64,000 bases of DNA from a virus. Below the pieces are notes generated by a model. That model was not told the DNA's origin. It was given only the letters and a program-made list of their open reading frames with translations, and made no database searches. The position numbers and the translations under genes were made by a program. The stretch lies in the IMG/VR virus record IMGVR_UViG_3300045988_077276, positions 1-64,000 of that record, one strand, 5' to 3'. Below, one piece after another: positions 62,001-64,000 of this stretch. Each line of letters starts with the position of its first letter. Positions within the stretch are counted from its first letter, which is position 1.

Positions 62001-64000
62001 GTGCTTTGGATGCAAAAATTAGAGATATTGATTCACAGGTACAATCTCGTGTAACACAACTTGCAAGCACAATTGAATCTTCCATTAAGTCTTTGTCTGG
62101 CGATGAAATTCTAAGTAGAATCAATCAATCAAGCGGTGGTACTCAAATTGATGGTAAATTGTTACACGTTACATCAGATTCGGTTTTCGATAAAGGCGTT
62201 GTGGCAAAGAACATTGAAGCTGGTACAATCAGTACCGATAAACTCATGAGTTCCATACTTGACTTACAAGAATCTGGTATGCAAATCAAGGGCGGTGGCG
62301 TTCGGATTGACTCTAGCGGTATTCGCATGAGTAATGAAAACGGTTCATTCACCGCATTAACCAAAGATGGCATCAAGTGGTATGACTCCAAGGGTGTTGC
62401 CTATAGTGCTATCCAACAAATGGTCTTTGGTATTGCAAACGATGGCGACCATATCGACTTGAATTGGGATTCAGAACCGATGGTGTTCGTTGTTCCCCAA
62501 AAGATGGAACTTGGTCAAAACATGAGTGCAGCCGATAATTACATCCAAGGAACAATGGAAACCAAGGCAGTCAATGTTTCCAAAAAAGGCTTTGACATTC
62601 ACGCACGTATCACCCAATATTGCAACGGTGAGATGTACTATAATGGTAGACCTTGGGGAAGAACAAATCTTGACAACTTTGCACCGTCAAGATACTCTAC
62701 AGGAACACTTACCAACAGAGTTTACATCTATAGTGAATCCGATACATATGTTTCCATGGAGATACCAGAAGTAGGTGTTGACGTTTGGACAAGCCTTGGT
62801 AAACAATACGATAGTACCAATGTCGAGGGTGCTGGATGGGAAAATCCACCAGAAAACTCTAAGAAGTGGTTATCACCAATGGCATCTGGCAAAGGTAAAA
62901 ACGTTTTTACTGGTAGCGGTTCTGGGTCAACCTATAGCGGTCATTACGAGTTCCAACAAGCTAAACAATGGATGATTGACTATGAAAAAATACCACGAAA
63001 AGTAATCGCAGTAAGAGTCCGCAAGGGTCAAAACGTATTGGCTTGTGCCATTCCATCGTTTGCCATTACACCAAGTAATCCTTGGTTTAAAATTGCGAAT
63101 ATACCATCGCTTCCAGATGGAACATACTTTGGTATTCGTTCTCCAGAGCCTGTTCAATGGTTTGCCGTGAATGTACCAAAAGAAAACTATTTTGTAGCAT
63201 CACACGCAAACTATAAGACAACAAAATTCACAGGTCGTGGAACATACACGTTTACACCGACTGGTAAACGATTTAAGATTACCATGGTTGGTGCATCGGT
63301 TGCATCTCGTGGTACAAGACCACAATCTTCCGAAACAAGAATCGTTGGCAATGGTATTGATTATAAAACCTCTGGATATGCAACTAATTTGTCATTAAAC
63401 AATCAACAACCGTATAAACAATCGTTCCATTCTGTGCATGGCGATGCGAAGCACAATGAAAAGGGTTGTTTGTATTTTATGGCTAATGCTTTTAAAGTCG
63501 GTACAGATTCAGTATCTACTTGGGGTGGCGATGGCTTGTCAATGCCTTGTTATGTCTTGGCTGGCAACAATGTGTCATTCTTTAACGCAAACTTTACCAA
63601 CAGACGTAATCTAAGCGGAAATCCAACAGAGTTCTTGCGTTTCCCAGATGGCAATTACCAAGGACGTGGCGATGTAAATGACGATACTAAAAACCTTGGG
63701 GTCTTTGGCGAACTCGTTGGTTGTCCATCGTTTACCTTTAGTGGTAACGGTGGTGGCAATCCATCTAATTACGGACGTGATATGTGGTGGAACATTGAAT
63801 GGCAGATGGGTTTATCCAAAGTTGTAACATATAACGTCAATGTACCAACAGGCGTATCAAATTATACGATTACTATTGGTGAATGTCCAGATGTTACCGT
63901 TGGTAAAGAAATCCATTTCCCAGCTGGACCATATAATGACGATGGTGGCTCACTTAGAATAACCAACACCAAACCATTTGATGGTGCAGTATTTATTACG
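59009..64000 (+). CDS. host-specificity / central tail fibre protein (lambda gpJ-like), 3' end beyond the right edge
   Basis: ATG 59009 follows GAGGT. The N-terminus is MGKGGGKGGKGRIGKIIGLAAG...TSEGTIPIVYGQTKVGGL. The frame was checked open at 60002 and 63962 and never closes inside the window, so it is absent from the track. Confidence 0.8.
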   Translation, partial: MGKGGGKGGKGRIGKIIGLAAGIAFGFGGGAWAFLKGVSVFSRVMYGLSLGMSIGGLFDKSPKQSTPESTFDSKNNQVTSEGTIPIVYGQTKVGGLQTFHKMDVGGKRLDKDVVLCEGKIHDIFGVTANGYLTSVQRLNETRQTKIPVFGIRNNKYPDAKVSIETGKAEKRGFLGHASNASQQSIYQDNVDYGSFNKFKKLKLTANGKTVYIFLTDDNTTIDLQYSLACNTFGKIYQIILGDTYLSDLQTDGWELVNPVICQNSPSCLETFGESPCYKRDVYCVTNGSQDGSNSTVYTYLGGKQQDAPDQYLTTGGYPNMAYVHADLRYSEKMGAGNPTVTAIVQGMIVYDWRDKQYKYSKNPVVCLYDYLTNKVYGAGRYVSPEILDMESFTDVANYCDEEITYNDPYGVTKTEPRYQLDICLNETKTHQENIQSILNSFLGFIVFSNNSIKLRCERLEQPVYAFNDDNIVEETLSYKSASIDQSPNKFNLTYVEPALDYTAVKLIVEDATNQLPPPIGIGRPVEQDIDFKGVRRQTQCLRLGKIARDIIRLCPITVTFKTGLMASHLEAGDVVTISKTYIDENGEKQELFTNQQARITEIKEEDGTFEITARQYNPSIYDDTFGASLKVFGTVGNNNPIRLTPATVKPVENIQFNQIYRGKADGLPTYDIVLSFDEPDDIEFRSASVYIQVVHNGVAGEWKNYGESKGITTIMGLKRGDTINARIIPNDSKGIEHEESMSAPSYTVVSKFGTPEMPQNLRLKVTDEARITWDIIKNTDIDHYEISTTGFFNNGAVVSVDNEAPVTLTMRTGKIYVRGVNIDNVAGPANFVEYDYPQLSVPQLNYIKSQSGAFQVVLRDTPKTNPPILKTVFRVNDKDFRTDTNVFTYVDDPAVYNVSYAYEDYFGTGAFSSGQSAVIKQNINQDLINRATAAIQSVEQMQANIDTINTRIQNAVTEQIQNSIGGAKLEITKAAEAMKQQITDAQHKMESTITQTASALDAKIRDIDSQVQSRVTQLASTIESSIKSLSGDEILSRINQSSGGTQIDGKLLHVTSDSVFDKGVVAKNIEAGTISTDKLMSSILDLQESGMQIKGGGVRIDSSGIRMSNENGSFTALTKDGIKWYDSKGVAYSAIQQMVFGIANDGDHIDLNWDSEPMVFVVPQKMELGQNMSAADNYIQGTMETKAVNVSKKGFDIHARITQYCNGEMYYNGRPWGRTNLDNFAPSRYSTGTLTNRVYIYSESDTYVSMEIPEVGVDVWTSLGKQYDSTNVEGAGWENPPENSKKWLSPMASGKGKNVFTGSGSGSTYSGHYEFQQAKQWMIDYEKIPRKVIAVRVRKGQNVLACAIPSFAITPSNPWFKIANIPSLPDGTYFGIRSPEPVQWFAVNVPKENYFVASHANYKTTKFTGRGTYTFTPTGKRFKITMVGASVASRGTRPQSSETRIVGNGIDYKTSGYATNLSLNNQQPYKQSFHSVHGDAKHNEKGCLYFMANAFKVGTDSVSTWGGDGLSMPCYVLAGNNVSFFNANFTNRRNLSGNPTEFLRFPDGNYQGRGDVNDDTKNLGVFGELVGCPSFTFSGNGGGNPSNYGRDMWWNIEWQMGLSKVVTYNVNVPTGVSNYTITIGECPDVTVGKEIHFPAGPYNDDGGSLRITNTKPFDGAVFIT

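Noticed and set aside
59009-64000. A diversity-generating retroelement acting on the tail fibre / host-specificity gene
   Set aside because: No reverse transcriptase ORF and no template/variable repeat pair is visible anywhere in the window. The 3' end of the gene lies outside the window, so this cannot be fully excluded.

Overview
The window is a contiguous ~64 kb piece of a tailed dsDNA phage or prophage with a siphovirus-type long-tail module. Almost every gene is on the + strand, tightly packed, with GGAGG-type Shine-Dalgarno sites and TTGACA-17-TATAAT promoters, often with an extended -10. Left to right: (1) the 5' end of a reverse-strand PolIII-alpha (dnaE) gene running off the left edge; (2) an SSB gene followed by an iteron-rich, origin-like spacer; (3) a long early/replication/nucleotide-metabolism block. 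That block holds a DnaG-like primase, a DnaB-like helicase, three DNA methyltransferases, a Cas4-like nuclease, dNMP kinase, RusA, dUTPase, ThyX, a PNK-like kinase, a metallophosphoesterase, a sigma-region-4-like regulator and many small hypotheticals. (4) Embedded in that block is a 1.85 kb promoter-to-terminator RNA operon (12.45-14.30 kb). It has four canonical tRNAs (Met-CAT, Ser-GCT, Asn-GTT, Ser-TGA), three or four tRNA-like elements that lack an anticodon arm, and a ~650 nt highly structured ORF-poor RNA. (5) A small YadA-type trimeric autotransporter adhesin moron and two DUF2829 (Tad2-like) domains. (6) An unusual ~8 kb low-coding-density accessory region (33.6-41.75 kb). It contains a stand-alone ncRNA gene, AT-rich gene cassettes each with its own promoter and terminator, a ~100-170 bp repeat unit in both orientations, and several short motif families. 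It ends at a reverse-strand minimal tyrosine recombinase plus a membrane protein. (7) The late module: TerS, TerL, portal, protease-scaffold, major capsid, connectors, major tail protein, a -1 frameshifted tail chaperone, a 1656 aa tape measure with an internal lysozyme domain, NlpC/P60, lambda/GTA-like distal tail proteins, and a gpJ-like host-specificity protein running off the right edge. The likely host is a low-GC diderm Firmicute (Veillonella-like Negativicutes), inferred from the adhesin architecture plus Firmicute-style expression signals. No CRISPR array, rRNA, transposase or reverse transcriptase was seen. The most interesting candidates for something undescribed are the anticodon-armless tRNA-like elements and the large structured RNA in the tRNA operon; the repeat-bounded cassette array next to the small recombinase; and a three-member paralog family (GVFETNSSSxHS) with one copy fused to a Tad2-like domain.
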